Assembly: GCA_951406725.2 (NCBI GenBank)
Contig: OX597836.1
Span: forward strand, 24,676,001 to 24,740,000
DNA: 64,000 nucleotides
From: Octopus vulgaris
Lineage: Eukaryota
Reading direction: 5' to 3'
Positions 24,572 to 39,572 of the stretch are shown piece by piece. The notes under the pieces are model-generated. The model did not search any database, was not told the origin of the DNA, and saw only the letters and a list, made by a program, of their open reading frames with translations. The translations under genes were made by a program, and so were the position numbers. Within the stretch, counting starts at the first letter, position 1. Each line of letters starts with the position of its first letter.

Positions 24572-26857
24572 ATGTATACATATCCATGTATATATATATA
24601 AATATATATATATATACATAATGCGTGATAAAGTGCCAGTACAATGGAGGAGTCACTGAGTAATTCCCAGAGATCCAATTACTTCATCGGGATAAGGGGT
24701 AGTCCAGAGGTAGAAAAGCCATCTAGAAAGACGATCGAAATGGAGCGTGTATCGAAGAATGACGGAAAGGCAATAACAGGAGTAAAGAATATATTGATAT
24801 GAAAACATGCACATACAATTTACTTGATGTAAGCAGTTCTTGTCTTTACAGCTGTTTCAAACAATCCGCGAACGGTTAATATTACAATGCATATTATGCA
24901 AACAGGTGCAATACTGACGCAATAAACATAAAATCAAAAATAACATCAACTATTTTGATGACTGAGCATCTCCGTGCGACAAAGTGCAATATTTTAACTT
25001 AGAATCATTATCGTAAACTCAATCTGAATATTTAAGTTTCATTCCACGAAGAAGGTTTTTGTAGTTGTTCTCATCATGTGGACAACCAGAGAAGGATTTA
25101 GCAAATAGAGAGAAACAGAAATGTCATCTTGAAAGTTTTAACGTTAATCTTTTTTTTTTCTTTATTGCCCACAAGGGGCTAAACATAGAGGACAAACTAG
25201 GGCAGACAAAGGGATTAAGTCGATTACATCGATCCCAGTGCGAAACTGGTACTATTAATCTATTATTTTAGCTCAGTTGCTTCCCTTGGATTAGTCAAAC
25301 TTGAAATTATATGAAAATGGGAACAACTAACAGTCTCTGCATCGCTTGTATTGCTTTTCAACTCCCGATAAACTTGAAGAAGACATAAGATGAGTGTTGT
25401 TTAAATTCGTTCCTGGTCAGCCGTGTATGGAATTAAATATATTTATTCTAGGGATCAGACTTAATGGAGTAGATTCTTTCGGCTCATGATCATAAAGTCT
25501 CAAGTTCAATTCCCTGCGGTGTGTTGTGTCCTTGAGCAAGACAAGAGGCTAAACATAGAGAGGACAAACAAGGACAGACAAAAGAATTAAGTCGATTACA
25601 TCGACCCCAGTGCGAAACTGGTACTATTAATCTATTATTTTAGCTCAGTTGCTTCCCTTAGATTAGTGGACTCCAGTCCACTCAGCTGGCAAAAATGAGT
25701 TGTACCTGTAAAGGATTAGCTTTGTCACATTCTGTGTCACACTGAATCTGCTTGAGAACTACATTAAGGATACATGTGTCAGTGGAGTACTCAGCCACTT
25801 GGATGTTAATTCCACGAGCCGGTCGTTCCGTTGATCGGAATAACTGGAATCCTCGTCGTCGGAAACGACAGTGCCATAGCTCTGTCAACAAGGACCAAGG
25901 ATGGATCCCAAGATAATCTGAGGATTGAGAAGGTTTCAGTAGCGTTTAGAACTTTTAAGATAAATATCTTGTGAGAGAGCAACTTGAAACGAAGCTTGCA
26001 TCATTACGTTCCTGTCATACGCTTTTGAGAGATAAACCCCACACCGATTGCTCAATAAAATATCCGAAAGGTTTCACCTGGAAATTAAAAAAGGGGGGAA
26101 CATTTGGCAGCGTTTGTTCATAAGTTTAATCGATCGATTAGATTATACCTCAAAATTTCTGGGTGTATTCCTACTCTGAGGAACGTCAGATGTGTTTGTG
26201 TGTTATAGTTTGTTTCTAAAATCACTGTTACAGACAACCTCACTTTAATAATAAGAAGCACTAATTAAATTATTCTCATCTAAAGACTATGACTTATGTT
26301 AAGGTTCAAATTTCCTAAAATATTCAGTGAGCGACTGAAATTTTTAATTATATAAAATAGTCATTCCTTGTGTTTTATGTAGGACTAAATTTTATTCGAA
26401 TCAAAGTTCTAAGAATTGTCCAAAACTTCATTTTCGTCAGATTAACGCCAGCTGTAATTCATAAACTTATTCTAGTAATTAATGCTGAAAGGTCTTCCCT
26501 AATGAGCGAGGTCACAAATTCCCTGTGTCTATGGAATGTATGATTGCATACATTGTCCAAGTGTCCAGCATCGGTGTAAATCTCTTGAAATAAAACAACG
26601 CTCCCTAGAGTACCTCATTACAGCGAGGAAGCATTCTATAGCAGTGGAATGCCAGGCTGTGGCAGCATGCTTTGAAATTCTTGAACCAGCAGACAGAAGA
26701 CTTCGGGAATATAAAAGACAATGAACGGCTTATCCTCTTTATTCTTGGAAATTCATGTTTTTAAAAAAAAAAAATAGTTATTTGCATTGCAGACTGAGAC
26801 AATCACGCAATTAGATATATATGCACATGCATAAAATTAAACACTTTGGCATATACC

Positions 26858-26892
<35 letters not shown>

Positions 26893-26932
26893 TGTATGTA
26901 TGTATGTATGTATGTATATATGTATGTATATA

Positions 26933-26979
<47 letters not shown>

Positions 26980-26983
<4 letters not shown>

Positions 26984-27063
26984 ACACAAAGAGAAAACAC
27001 AACAACGCGAGGACGTGGAACAAGTATAGTGTTATTGGACGCTCAGGAAAGGAAAGAAAGAAG

Positions 27064-27064
<1 letters not shown>
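26980..27064 (-). mobile_element. Truncated copy of the same short element, lacking the ribozyme
   Basis: acaacaacgcgaggacgtggaacaagtatagtgttattggacgctcaggaa, flanked on both sides by (TA)n. Confidence 0.55.
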
Positions 27065-27116
<52 letters not shown>

Positions 27117-27151
27117 TGTATGTATGTATGTATGTATGTATATATATATAT

Positions 27152-27210
<59 letters not shown>

Positions 27211-28250
27211 CATATGTGTCTATATATGCGTGTGTGTGTATACAGTGAGAGAGAGAGAGAGAGAGAGTGAAAGAGAGAGAAATACATATTTATGCGTATG
27301 TAAGTGTATGTGTGTGTATAATACGTATATATATGTGTGTGTGTGTGTGTGACACGTGTGCCGTTATGCCCAAGTGTTTACTTCTATGCATGTGCATGTA
27401 TATGTCTGTGCGTATCTGTGTATTTATGCATGTACATATTCATACATGATAACTATATGCATATATTCGTGTGTTGTATATTTTGTGTGTGTGTGTGTGT
27501 GTGTAACCTAAGACGTGTCAGGACACACAAAAAATGTATTGAAACCTCATTTAAAGACTTAATCTATACACAGCATTCTTTGTCTCAATGTTTACAAAAT
27601 ATATACAAACTATTCTTTTTCTCTTTCTTTTCCTCCTTCAGCCTGTTTTTCGTTGTCCTTTTCTTTTCTTTTTTTTGTCATCCGTTTCTCATGATAACCC
27701 TACCACCACCACCACCACCACCACCGCTACCAACCTATTTTGTTTTAGACGCTTACTAAAGGACTTTCCATCCTGACCTCAATGTAGCAATCTCTCTGCA
27801 TCACAGGGTGTATTTCTATCGCTAGTTTCCTTCTGGTGTAGGTAGGTAAGGGATGGCTGCAGTTCTCATTTTGGAGTTTAGCCATTAGTTAGGTCAAAAT
27901 TGACGGAGTGGACGTCTGGTTAAAAACATTCCAGCATTGACAAATTTTCTCTGTTTAGCATTATCTAAGACTACATCATCAAAGATGTGTGTGTGTGCTT
28001 GTGAAAATGTGTGTGTGCGTGTGTTTGTATGCAAGTGAATGTGGTGGGTAGATTTCAAATGCATTTGATACGTTGACAACATTTAAAGAAAAATTTAGTT
28101 GCCAAATTAGTAACTATGTTTAAAAAATTAGAAAATACAGAATGCCAGGAATCTTTGGGAAACGTTTTTTTATTGTGTGCACACCAGTGTGTGTGTGTGA
28201 GAGAGAGTGTGTGCATGTGTGTGTGTGCGTGTATATAAATATATTTATAT

Positions 28251-28522
28251 GTCATCGCAGAGTATACACGCAGCAAGTATAGATGGGCTGGACATGTCGC
28301 CCGGCTCACCGATAATCGGTGGACGCACGCAGTTGTCGAGTGGTACCCGCGTGAGCGGAAAAGACCACCCGGAAGACCTCCACGACGGTGGAGTTACGAT
28401 TTCAGGAGGACGATTGGGATCACGTGGATGAGAAAGGCGCGATCCAGAGAGGAGTGGACAGCGTGCTGTGACCAGCGGTGTCAAATGGACGCCTGACGGA
28501 CTGGTCGGTCAAAGTGATCAAA

Positions 28523-28527
<5 letters not shown>
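28251..28527 (+). mobile_element. 5'-truncated RTE-clade LINE 3' end
   Basis: Uninterrupted 81 codons ...KYRWAGHVARLTDNRWTHAVVEWYPRERKRPPGRPPRRWSYDF...* (stop 28494-28496), then a (caaagtgat)2 tail, within a TA tract. Confidence 0.85.
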
Positions 28528-28571
<44 letters not shown>

Positions 28572-28858
28572 TCAGTGGTTAAGGTGTTTCACTCACGATT
28601 GGGAGATCATGGGTTCGATTCCCAGACCGGGCGTTGCGTTGTGTTATTGAGCAAAGCACTTCATTTCACGTTGCTCTGCGATCATTTCGACATCTGACAT
28701 GTGACACCCGTTGCACCCGTACAAGTAATGTGTGCCTGATGGAGGGAGTGAGCTTACGTGTATACAAACATTTCATCACTATAAACAAATCATTTGTGTG
28801 GTCCTTCGGTAAGAAATTGTCGAGCCCTCGTATGTCGTGTAGCGACGGGAGAATCCAT

Positions 28859-28903
<45 letters not shown>

Positions 28904-29054
28904 TGTCAATATATCATATATCCTAATAAGAATAAGGCAGTAAAGCATTAAAGTAATATAGTTAATGTCTGGTCAAAGAGTGACCAATGGCTGTTCGCAT
29001 CCACGAAAACCGCAGCTTTGTGGACAGCTCTCCAGACTATAAAATTCTTTTATT

Positions 29055-29154
<100 letters not shown>

Positions 29155-30721
29155 TTCTAATGTACAAAAGACAGAAACAGAGTGAGGGAACAATAAAGTT
29201 GTATCAAAGGCGGCGAGCTGGCAGAAACGTTAGCACACCGGGCGAAATTCGTAGCCGTATTTCGTCTGCCGTTACGTTCTGAGTTCAAATTCCGTCGAGG
29301 TCGACTTTGCCTTTCGTCCTTTCGGGGTCGATTAAATAAGCACAAGTCGACTTACCCCCTCCACCGAACTTGCTAGACTTGTCACTAAAAGTTGAAACCA
29401 ATATACAAGGGATTAAATATGAACTCCCATTAGTTTCACGCCTCCGATAATACAGCGATCGGACGAGCTTGTATAGCATGCTGAGTATTAATTGTGTATT
29501 ATCGTGCAATCATTTACGCCCAAATAAATGAATGATTGCCCGATAATATATGCTAATTGTTCAAAATCTTCCGACTATTGTATTATCAGTGACGGTGAGA
29601 GCAACGGTAGCGAACACCAACAGAGAGGTCAGCGGTTCGCATCTCATCCACAAGTTATGGAGATTCACGTATGACCTCGACCTCTCGCACAAATTGGAAC
29701 TGTGGTAATTAAATCTTTTTAATTAATGTTAGTAATCATTAGATGCAAACAATGCTAGAACTTTAATCGGTTTTGCGATGAAACTTTTGATGCCGCATTA
29801 AAAATGAATGTTTTACTGAAGTTGATAGTCTTTGTGTGTTTCTGAATGGTTGACTTATGTCTTCCAATCATAGTCGCTATTTCTAGCATATCGAGCGACC
29901 GCCGAGTGGTTCTTTCGTCGACTGTAAACCGCTGTGAATGGCTAACATAATCTGTTGAGCGTTGGTTTAAAGCTGAGCCCAATGCGGCAAATTTGATGGT
30001 GATGGTGGAAGTGGTTGTGGTGGTGCTGTTGTAGTCGCTGCTGCTGCTGCTGCTGCTGGTGTTGTTGGGGATATTTCTTGTATGGTGATAGTGAAGGTCC
30101 TTTTGAATGTGATGGACATGGTGCTAGCGAGTCTGCCAGCTCGTCGCTTTCCCAACGCTACCATTAATAACAATAACAACACCATTAGCATCTAAGCAAA
30201 ATAGAGTGTCTCTATGTGGTCGCACAATCTATTAAAAATTACAGCCAAAACTTCTTACAGACATTTTTCAAAAAAATGTAAGACAAGAGAAATTGCTTGA
30301 TAAAGTTTTAGTTACGTTTTGCGAATAATGATGGGATGGTCATAAATGGACTCTTTATGGCTACAGACCTACTTGATCATTACTGACCTAGGGCTGAACA
30401 ACACCACTAACACCACCGCCACCACCACCACCATCATCCTCGCTAACACCCGCATCGCTACCACCTTCAACAACATCCAACAGATGTGTTTACTTTTTAA
30501 AGCCAAACCAAAACAGTGTGGTTTGGGCCATGCTAAGCAACCGCCTCCTCACGACATTCTTTCCCGACAATTAAGATGTTTGTGTAAGACAGATATTTCT
30601 GCCTACATTTTCAGTTTGTTTGTTGCTGGTGTAGTGCCGAAAACTACAGATTAACATGGTTTGTACCATAGGGTAAAATGAAAATTACATCAGTTGCCTA
30701 TATGTGTGTGTACGTTTAAAT

Positions 30722-30840
<119 letters not shown>

Positions 30841-30841
30841 T

Positions 30842-31255
30842 GTTTCTTTATTAGCCACACAGAGCTGAACACAGACGGGACAAATTACAAGGTAGAACTT
30901 TGGGGGGGGAGTGGAGAGGGGGAGGGGGAGGTTTTCGATCAAAAGGGATCGTAAAAAAGAAAGAAAAGAAAAAAAAAGATCAATAGGCATCGTGTATCAC
31001 AGAAATGCCATGATATAGAGTGTAAAGGGGGAAACAGATAAGGTTTATCCGTGGAAAGAAAAGCCTACGGAAAAGACCACGGTAACCTCGGTCAATAATG
31101 TCACATGTTAACACATTTATTTGCAAGTAAGTAACTCTCTGTTTTAAATTTTTTCGGGTTCATAGGTTCATGCTCAAGGTGGCTTCGTCATTCATACTTG
31201 CCATCCTTGCTACATTCACCCATCTTTTTTTTTAAACATTCGCTAGAACAGTTTT
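30842..31255 (-). mobile_element. 3' end (ORF2 tail plus 3' UTR) of a probable L1/Tx1-like LINE abutting (GATA)n
   Basis: The minus strand reads ...RWVNVARMASMNDEATLSMNL* followed by a UTR ending aataaagaaac at the microsatellite. The tail matches the SINE-B tail. Confidence 0.5.
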
Positions 31256-32402
31256 GAAATGTACTTAATGAAATATACTTAATGGCTGATATGCAAGACA
31301 AATACAAGATAGATATATAAGTGTGTATGTAGGTATGTATAATAAACTGCGACACGCACACATACGTATATACACACACATACAGTAAGTGAGATATTGC
31401 AGTTTATACAAGTCTAAATCATTTGGCGGTGGTGGTGGTGGTGGTGGTGGCGGTGGTGGTGGTGGTGGCGGTGGCGGTAGTGGTGGTGGTGGCGGCGGCG
31501 GTGGCGGCGGCGGCTCGGCGGCGGCGGCGGCGACTGGCGACTGGCGATCTTCCGATCAACTTTGCTTTTCATCCTTCTGAGGATGTGATCAATAACTTCG
31601 GTTCAACCACTACTACTACTTCTACCACCACCACCACCACCACCACCGAAAGGATGAAAAGCAAAGTCGACCTCGGTAGAATTTGAACTCAGAACGTAAC
31701 GGCAGACGAAATACCTATTTCTTTACTACCCACAAGGCACTAAACATAGAGTGGACAAACAAGGATAGACAAACGGATTAAGTCGATTATATCGACTCCA
31801 GTGCGTAACTGGTACTTATTTAATCGACTCCCGAAAGGATGAAAGGCAAAGTCGACCTCGGCAGAATTTGAACTCAGAACGTAACGGCAGACGAAATACG
31901 GCTACGCATTTCGTCCGGCGTGCTAACGTTTCTGCTAGCTCGCCGCCCTCACCATAATCAATATTAGATTGGAAACGCCTACCGAAATTATTGGAATATA
32001 AATAAATTCTGATGCAGACTGAAGACTGAAACCTGAAGGGTAATGTCATTAGAAGAGTTACCAAAACACACTTTGGTATTGATATAAATATCATCTCATT
32101 TATCCCGGACGGCTTAATGAAGATAAAGACAGTAATTTTTGGTCGGAGGAAGAAGTGTCTGCCAAAAATGAACTCTTGCCATTTGCACACATGTATAAAC
32201 ACTCACAAACACATGCACGAGTAAACATTCATGTATACACATGCACCAAACACACATACACGTGCGCACACACACACACATACGCAAACATATATATATA
32301 TGTGTGTGTGTGTGTGTGCGTGTGTGTGCGTGTGTGTGTGTGTGTACTTGCAGGCACACAAGCGCACGTGCTCAAAAATATAAATGTATTTGTATACATG
32401 AA

Positions 32403-32436
<34 letters not shown>

Positions 32437-32445
32437 CATTTGTAC

Positions 32446-32566
<121 letters not shown>

Positions 32567-33424
32567 CACACATATATATGTGTATGCATATGTGTGTGTG
32601 TGTGTGTGTGCACGCGCCCTTCTGTGTGTTTGGATAAGCAAACGCAAGAACAGCACTCAGTACTTAACAGCGGTAAATAATCCTTTCTACTAAAGACACA
32701 AGGCCTGTAAATAATAACAGCAAATAAAAATGAGACTCTAGTGTCTCTACTCTGAGTTTTCTGACGCGACTTACCGACGGCAGTGAGTGTGAGTTGCATA
32801 TGGAGAGAGAAAGAGGGAGGCGAGGAGGAGGAGGAGGAGGAGGAAGAGGACGAGGACGAGGGGGAGGAGGACGACGAGGACGAGGACGAGGAGGGGGACG
32901 AGGAGGAGGAGGACGAAGAGGAGGAGGAGGAGGAAGTCAGAGATACGGATATACAAGGAAGTATTTCAAATCTTACACCAAGTACAGTTTTGTGTTAGAG
33001 TCCCGAGAGAAAACATGAGAGTTCAAAGGCCCGGGAATCCAAAGAATCGCTGCCCTTTTTATCAGCTTCTCGGGGCTGTTGGAAGCAAGAATGGTCTCTT
33101 AGAACATTAAATATCAAACCTAAGCTATCGCTGCAGACATATTTTGCTAATAAAGATACAGGGTATGCAGAAGTAACTAATAAATGAATTACCAATCATA
33201 AATGTTTCTCAGTATGCGACAGTGTGGAAATATATATATATATGTAAGCGCGTAAATAATATATACATACATTGATTTATTAATATATAAGTATTTATAC
33301 ATGCATGCATGTATAAAATGTATATACAAACACACATTCTTATATAAACACGTTCTTATCTAACTCACAGTGGAGTTTTGTAATTTATAATTATATTTCA
33401 AGGTCTGAGTTGCGCTGTTATGCA

Positions 33425-33520
<96 letters not shown>

Positions 33521-33762
33521 GTATATATATATAATGTATGTATGCATGCATGTATGTATGTATGTATGTATGTATGTATATACTTGTTTCATATTTGACT
33601 ATAGCACCGCCTTTATAGTGGTGATAGATACATATATCACCACCATAGCCTCGTGGAGCTTTTAGGTGTTTTCGCTCAATAAACACACACAACGCCCGGT
33701 CTGGGAATCGAAACCGCGATCCTCCGACCGCAAGTCCGCGCCCTAACCACTTGGCCATTGCG

Positions 33763-33813
<51 letters not shown>

Positions 33814-34463
33814 GCATACATATATATATATGTATTGAATAACTGGACGGAAGCCGTGGGGAGTTGCCACATTTTCGGAAATTTTACTTCAAAACTGGAA
33901 AAATCTAGCTATCATGCGAAGGAAGACAACATATATTTGTATGTGTAACGTAACAGTTTAGAAAAAGAACATTGGTTTCATATCTAGCGTGAATTAGGCA
34001 TCTCTTCAGTTTCTCTAAACGATAACTGTTCTCTGCAAAGAATGTTTTTTTTTTTAAAAAAACACACAAGAACGCCGGTGATAGTTCAAGAAATATTCCC
34101 GGCCTGCCACCTAAAACCAATCCCACTAGAAACACCCTACTTTCTTTCTCCTCACCTCTCTCTCTCTCTAAGCACTGCTCAGTTTTCCTGCACGTATTCT
34201 ATATAAACCGCATCAATCATATTCGTCTCGGAGGGCCTCCAAAGGTCAATCTTTCACCTGATTATTAAACCAAACAGAAACGAATATAACATTATGTATG
34301 GGTTTTAAATGAATATCGTGCTTCCGAGACGATGTAATTGCGACAGTTTCTACACAAAATCGCAAGGAAATTCACTTGTCAAACAAGTTCGAGATGCAAT
34401 ATGTGTGCGTGTATGTGTGTATGTATATACGTGCGTGCGTCTGTGCGCGCGCACAAGAAGAGG

Positions 34464-34529
<66 letters not shown>

Positions 34530-34576
34530 TATATATAGATAGATTTATAGATAGATAGATATACAGATAGATAGAC

Positions 34577-34659
<83 letters not shown>

Positions 34660-34694
34660 CAGGCAGACAGACAGACAGACAGACAGACAGACAT

Positions 34695-34761
<67 letters not shown>

Positions 34762-35836
34762 TAATGGCTATATGTATCTTTTCCTTCTTTTCTGCCTGCC
34801 CTTCAATGTGTTACTCTATCATTACTTCATTATTCTCTTCACTCTTTCTCTCTCTCTTCTGTCTCTCTCTTTCTCTCTCTTTCTCTCTCCCTCTTTCATT
34901 CACTTATTTTATAGGAAAGTGAAAAGAAAGAAGGAAAACAAAAAGCATTCCGTGACATACAAGATACGTGGGTTTGCTTCATTGTCGTCTGCTCGTTATA
35001 TTATTTGTACAGCAGCACAACAAACAAATGTCAACAGCCTATAATAATGATTTTATCTATTTGCCACTAACATGGCTGCACACTTTGCAGAAGGTTTGGA
35101 TTTCGATTCCAGTAGGCGATGGAAAACATTTTTTAAGGATGGAAAACACAAGGGTAGCAAGCTAGCAAAATCGATAGAGCATCGGGAAAACTGCTTAGTA
35201 ACATTTCTTCCGACATTACGTTCTGAGTTCAAATTCGACCGAAGTCGATTTTGCCTTTTATCCTTTCAGGGTCGATAAAAATATGTACCAGTCAAAACTA
35301 GAGTCGGTGTAAGAGACTCTAGTTCATCAGTTGTCGGCTGTTTTTCTACTCTATATTTCGAGCAATATACGACAAGATACGCCTTCGACAAAACAGTTGC
35401 TCCCATAAAGCAAATTAAATAAAATTTGATATTTTGCGGAGAGTCAAAGTTTGTGACAAACAAACAGAAAGGGCTGCTAAGCCAAAACGAGGTGAGGTGG
35501 CGAACGCCGGAGGAACAAGCTTTGAAGGAGACAGACAAGAATGCGTCTGATCCCTGCAGCTGATGAGAAGGAAAGAAAGAAACTCAAGTTAAGAAAAGAA
35601 AGATCGCCGATGGTCACGTGCGAGCAACGAAAGAGCAAAGGAGGAAGAGTGAGGGAGAGAGAGGGACAGACAGAGAATGGCGAAGGAGAGAGGAAAAGAA
35701 TTAGAGAAAGGATGAGAGAGGAATCGAAAAGGAAGCGGGAAGGAGAAATAGAAACAGATAGAACTAGAGCATTAAAATTGTTAAGATAAAACTAACTTGG
35801 AAATGGACGCGTGGAGTTTAATCATATAATGATATA

Positions 35837-35891
<55 letters not shown>

Positions 35892-35904
35892 TGTATATAT
35901 ATGG

Positions 35905-36330
35905 ATAAAAATCAAATATGCAGTCAACATCATGGCGTTTGGTCTGATCACAGGTAATGGCGACGTTATGCCCCATTCATCTTCCTATACGGTCTTATAC
36001 TCAACACGGAGGCCTACATCAAGTACTTGGAGGAGTTAATGCTGTCCTGCGTCAAGAGGATGGCTACAGGAAGACCCTATGTCTGGCAACAGGATTTTGC
36101 ACCATGCCACACAAACAAGAGAACCCAGTCATGGATGTCAGACAATTTCTGCGACCACATCACCCCTAATACCTGGCCACCTAACTCCTCAGACTGCAAC
36201 CCCCTTGATTGTTGTGTGGGATGCAGTTGAGTGAGAGGCCAACAAAACTCCTTGTGACACCAATGATGAACTGACGGCAAGGATTAGAGCAGCATTCACC
36301 AACTTTAACAAGGAGACCGTCCAGAAGCGT
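35905..36330 (+). mobile_element. Second fragment of the same Tc1/mariner family
   Basis: YVWQQDFAPCHT...WPPNSSDCNPLD; colinear with 47770-48180. Confidence 0.85.
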
Positions 36331-36585
36331 CCCCGCCCCCACAAAAAATTATATACATATATATATAGGTTCTGGAAGGGTTGAAAGATAGGTAAGAGCG
36401 AACCTTTTGATACATACCTAAGGCAGTGTCACTCTAGTGCTTAAGATCTCGAGTACTACTTCTTCTATAGAACTTTTACGTGAATTGGTGTTAAAACGGA
36501 GTTGAGACCCAAACGATTACAGACCAAGCCTCTCCCATCCACAGCACTGGCGTTGCATTTTCTAGCAACTCGCTTCAATTTTGTG

Positions 36586-36648
<63 letters not shown>

Positions 36649-37105
36649 CAAATATTCATATATAAATAGAAAGAGAGAAGGAGAGAGAGTTAACAGATGA
36701 GCTCTAAAGAATCTTTATAGCATTTAGAAGCGCTCCAAACTATGTATATGTGTGCTCGGGCGTGCGTGCGTGTGTGTGTAAATGTATATATATATGTGCT
36801 TGTGTTTATATATATGTGTATACACACACAAGCTGCACTCTCGACATTCTGTCTTCCCTGGCTGCCATGAAATAAAGTTTGTATTTTACCATTCCCACAA
36901 TTATAAAATTTAAAGAAATAACATCGTTTTAATTTATTTTTTCTTTTTACTTTTATTTTCATAATATTTATTTATATTTTTTCAGTCTTTCTCGAAGAAT
37001 TCTCTTTTTGTACCCGGAAATCCCACCAAGGGCCAAACATAGATAAAACACATATATATTACACCATCTTTATATACGCTACATTTAGCATTACGACCAG
37101 CAGCT

Positions 37106-37139
<34 letters not shown>

Positions 37140-37213
37140 TGTATGTATGTATGTATGTATATGTATATATATATATGTGTGTGCGTGTGTTCGTGTATAT
37201 CCATGTGTGTGTT

Positions 37214-37277
<64 letters not shown>

Positions 37278-37371
37278 GTCTCTATCTTTTATTTCGGCTG
37301 ACATAGATATGTGGTTCACTCCGTGACTTTGTGTCTGTGCGTGTATGTGTTTCAGTCTATATGTGTGTATA

Positions 37372-37463
<92 letters not shown>

Positions 37464-37710
37464 CTCTGTATGTTGATGTTTGTATATTTTCGTGTTTTTA
37501 TTTCCCTGGTATGTTTTTTCTTGTATACTTGTTTTGGGTATTTATTTACGTGTTTGTACAATTGTGTGAGTGTGTATTTCTTTGTACGTTTACATGTGTG
37601 AATTACGCTGTGTGTGGTGTGCGATCGTTTGCGTATCACTACCAGTGTAAGCATATGTTTATCTCTCTCTCTCTTTTCCTCTCGCTTTCTCAACGTGTGT
37701 GCGTGAGAAG

Positions 37711-38040
<330 letters not shown>

Positions 38041-38041
38041 C

Positions 38042-38117
<76 letters not shown>

Positions 38118-38390
38118 TGATAGCTATGTCTACGTACATCTTTTCCTTCTTTTCTTCTTGTCTTTTGTATTACTCTTTTACTCTTTTTACTCTTTTACTT
38201 GTTTCAATCATTTGACTGCGGCCATGCTGGAGCACCGCCTTTAGTCGAGCAAATCGACCCCGGGACTTATTCTTTGTAAGCCCAGTACTTATTCTATCGG
38301 TCTCTTTTGCCGAACCGCTAAGTGACGCGGACGTAAACACACCAGCATCGGTTGTCAAGCAATGCTAGGGAGACAAACACAGACACACAA

Positions 38391-38423
<33 letters not shown>

Positions 38424-38959
38424 CATATATACGACAGGTTTCTTTCAGTTTCCGTCTACCAAATCCACTCACAATGCATTGGTCGGCCTGGGGCTATAGC
38501 AGAAGACACTTGCCCAAGATGCCACGCAGTGGGACTGAACCCGGAACCATGTGGTTGGTTAGCAAGCTACTTACCACACAGCCACTCCTGCCTGCGCCCA
38601 TTATTCATTTTTCTCATCATTCCCCTCACCATTCATTCTCTCTTGGTTCTTCTCTCTCTCTCTCTCTCTCTCTCTCCCTCTCTCTCTCTGAGTGTTAATC
38701 CATTTCATCCAATGCCATCACCAAGTCAATTTGGTGAATCAGTTTCAAATCCGCACCCTACCCTCAACCCTACCCCCACCCCACCCTTGTCGTACTTCCT
38801 ACTCTCTTATAAAAGTTTTTCTATAAACAAATATTTATTGTTATCGATTGGAAAGCTGGAAGGACAAACTAACCAAAGGTATTTAGTGACAATCTTTTAT
38901 GTTCTCCGTTCAATTCTGTATCGAGATCGAATTTCACCGTATTCTTCAAAAACGTTACA

Positions 38960-39572
38960 CAAGGGTGGTCTGAAAAGTTCCTGGTTTTAAGGGTGTCGCG
39001 AAAGGTCTGGCTGGAGACCCAACCTTCCAAGTTTTTTTATAGGGAATAGCAAAACTGAAGGACCGCTAGAATAAGTATGTGAATCTGAGAGGGGAATATA
39101 CTCTTACTCTTTTACCTGTATCAGTCATTTGACTGCGGCCATGCTGGAGCACCGCCTTTAGTCGAGCAAATCGGCCCCGGGACTTATTCTTTGTAAGCCC
39201 AGTACTTATTCTATCGGTCTCTTTTGCCGAACCGCTAAGTAACGGGGGCGTAAACACACCAGCATCGGTTGTCAAGCAATGCTAGGGGGACAAACACAGA
39301 CACACAAACACACACACATACATATATATATATATACGACAGGCTTCTTTCAGTTTCCGTCTACCAAATCCACTCACAAGGCATTGGTCGGCCCGGGGCT
39401 ATAGCAGAAGACACTTGCCCAAGATGCCACGCAGTGGGACTGAACCCGGAACCATGTGGTTGGTTAGCAAGCTACTTACCACACAGCCACTCCTGTTCAA
39501 TAAAATCAGAATTAACTGATCCTCTTGTATTTTCTTTTACCCAAAGCCAGGACATTTTCAGCATCCCCCTCG
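38960..39572. mobile_element. Related mariner-like element interrupted by a SINE-A insertion (39100-39494)
   Basis: Both ends match 1424-1580 (ctgaaaagttcctgg...ccaggacattttcagcatccccctcg-TA). Confidence 0.75.

Noticed and set aside
24655-24690. Minus-strand CCGATGA-agtaatt...aattact hairpin next to a TA tract
   Set aside because: It has a stem II-like helix but no GAAA box or cleavage triplet; at most a very decayed relic.
32783-33018. Acidic E/D-rich and RGG-rich ORFs
   Set aside because: Translations of a GAG/GAC trinucleotide microsatellite; no splice or homology support.
35560-35590. CTGATGAG...GAAAC resembling a hammerhead
   Set aside because: The intervening sequence is all purine, so stem II cannot form.
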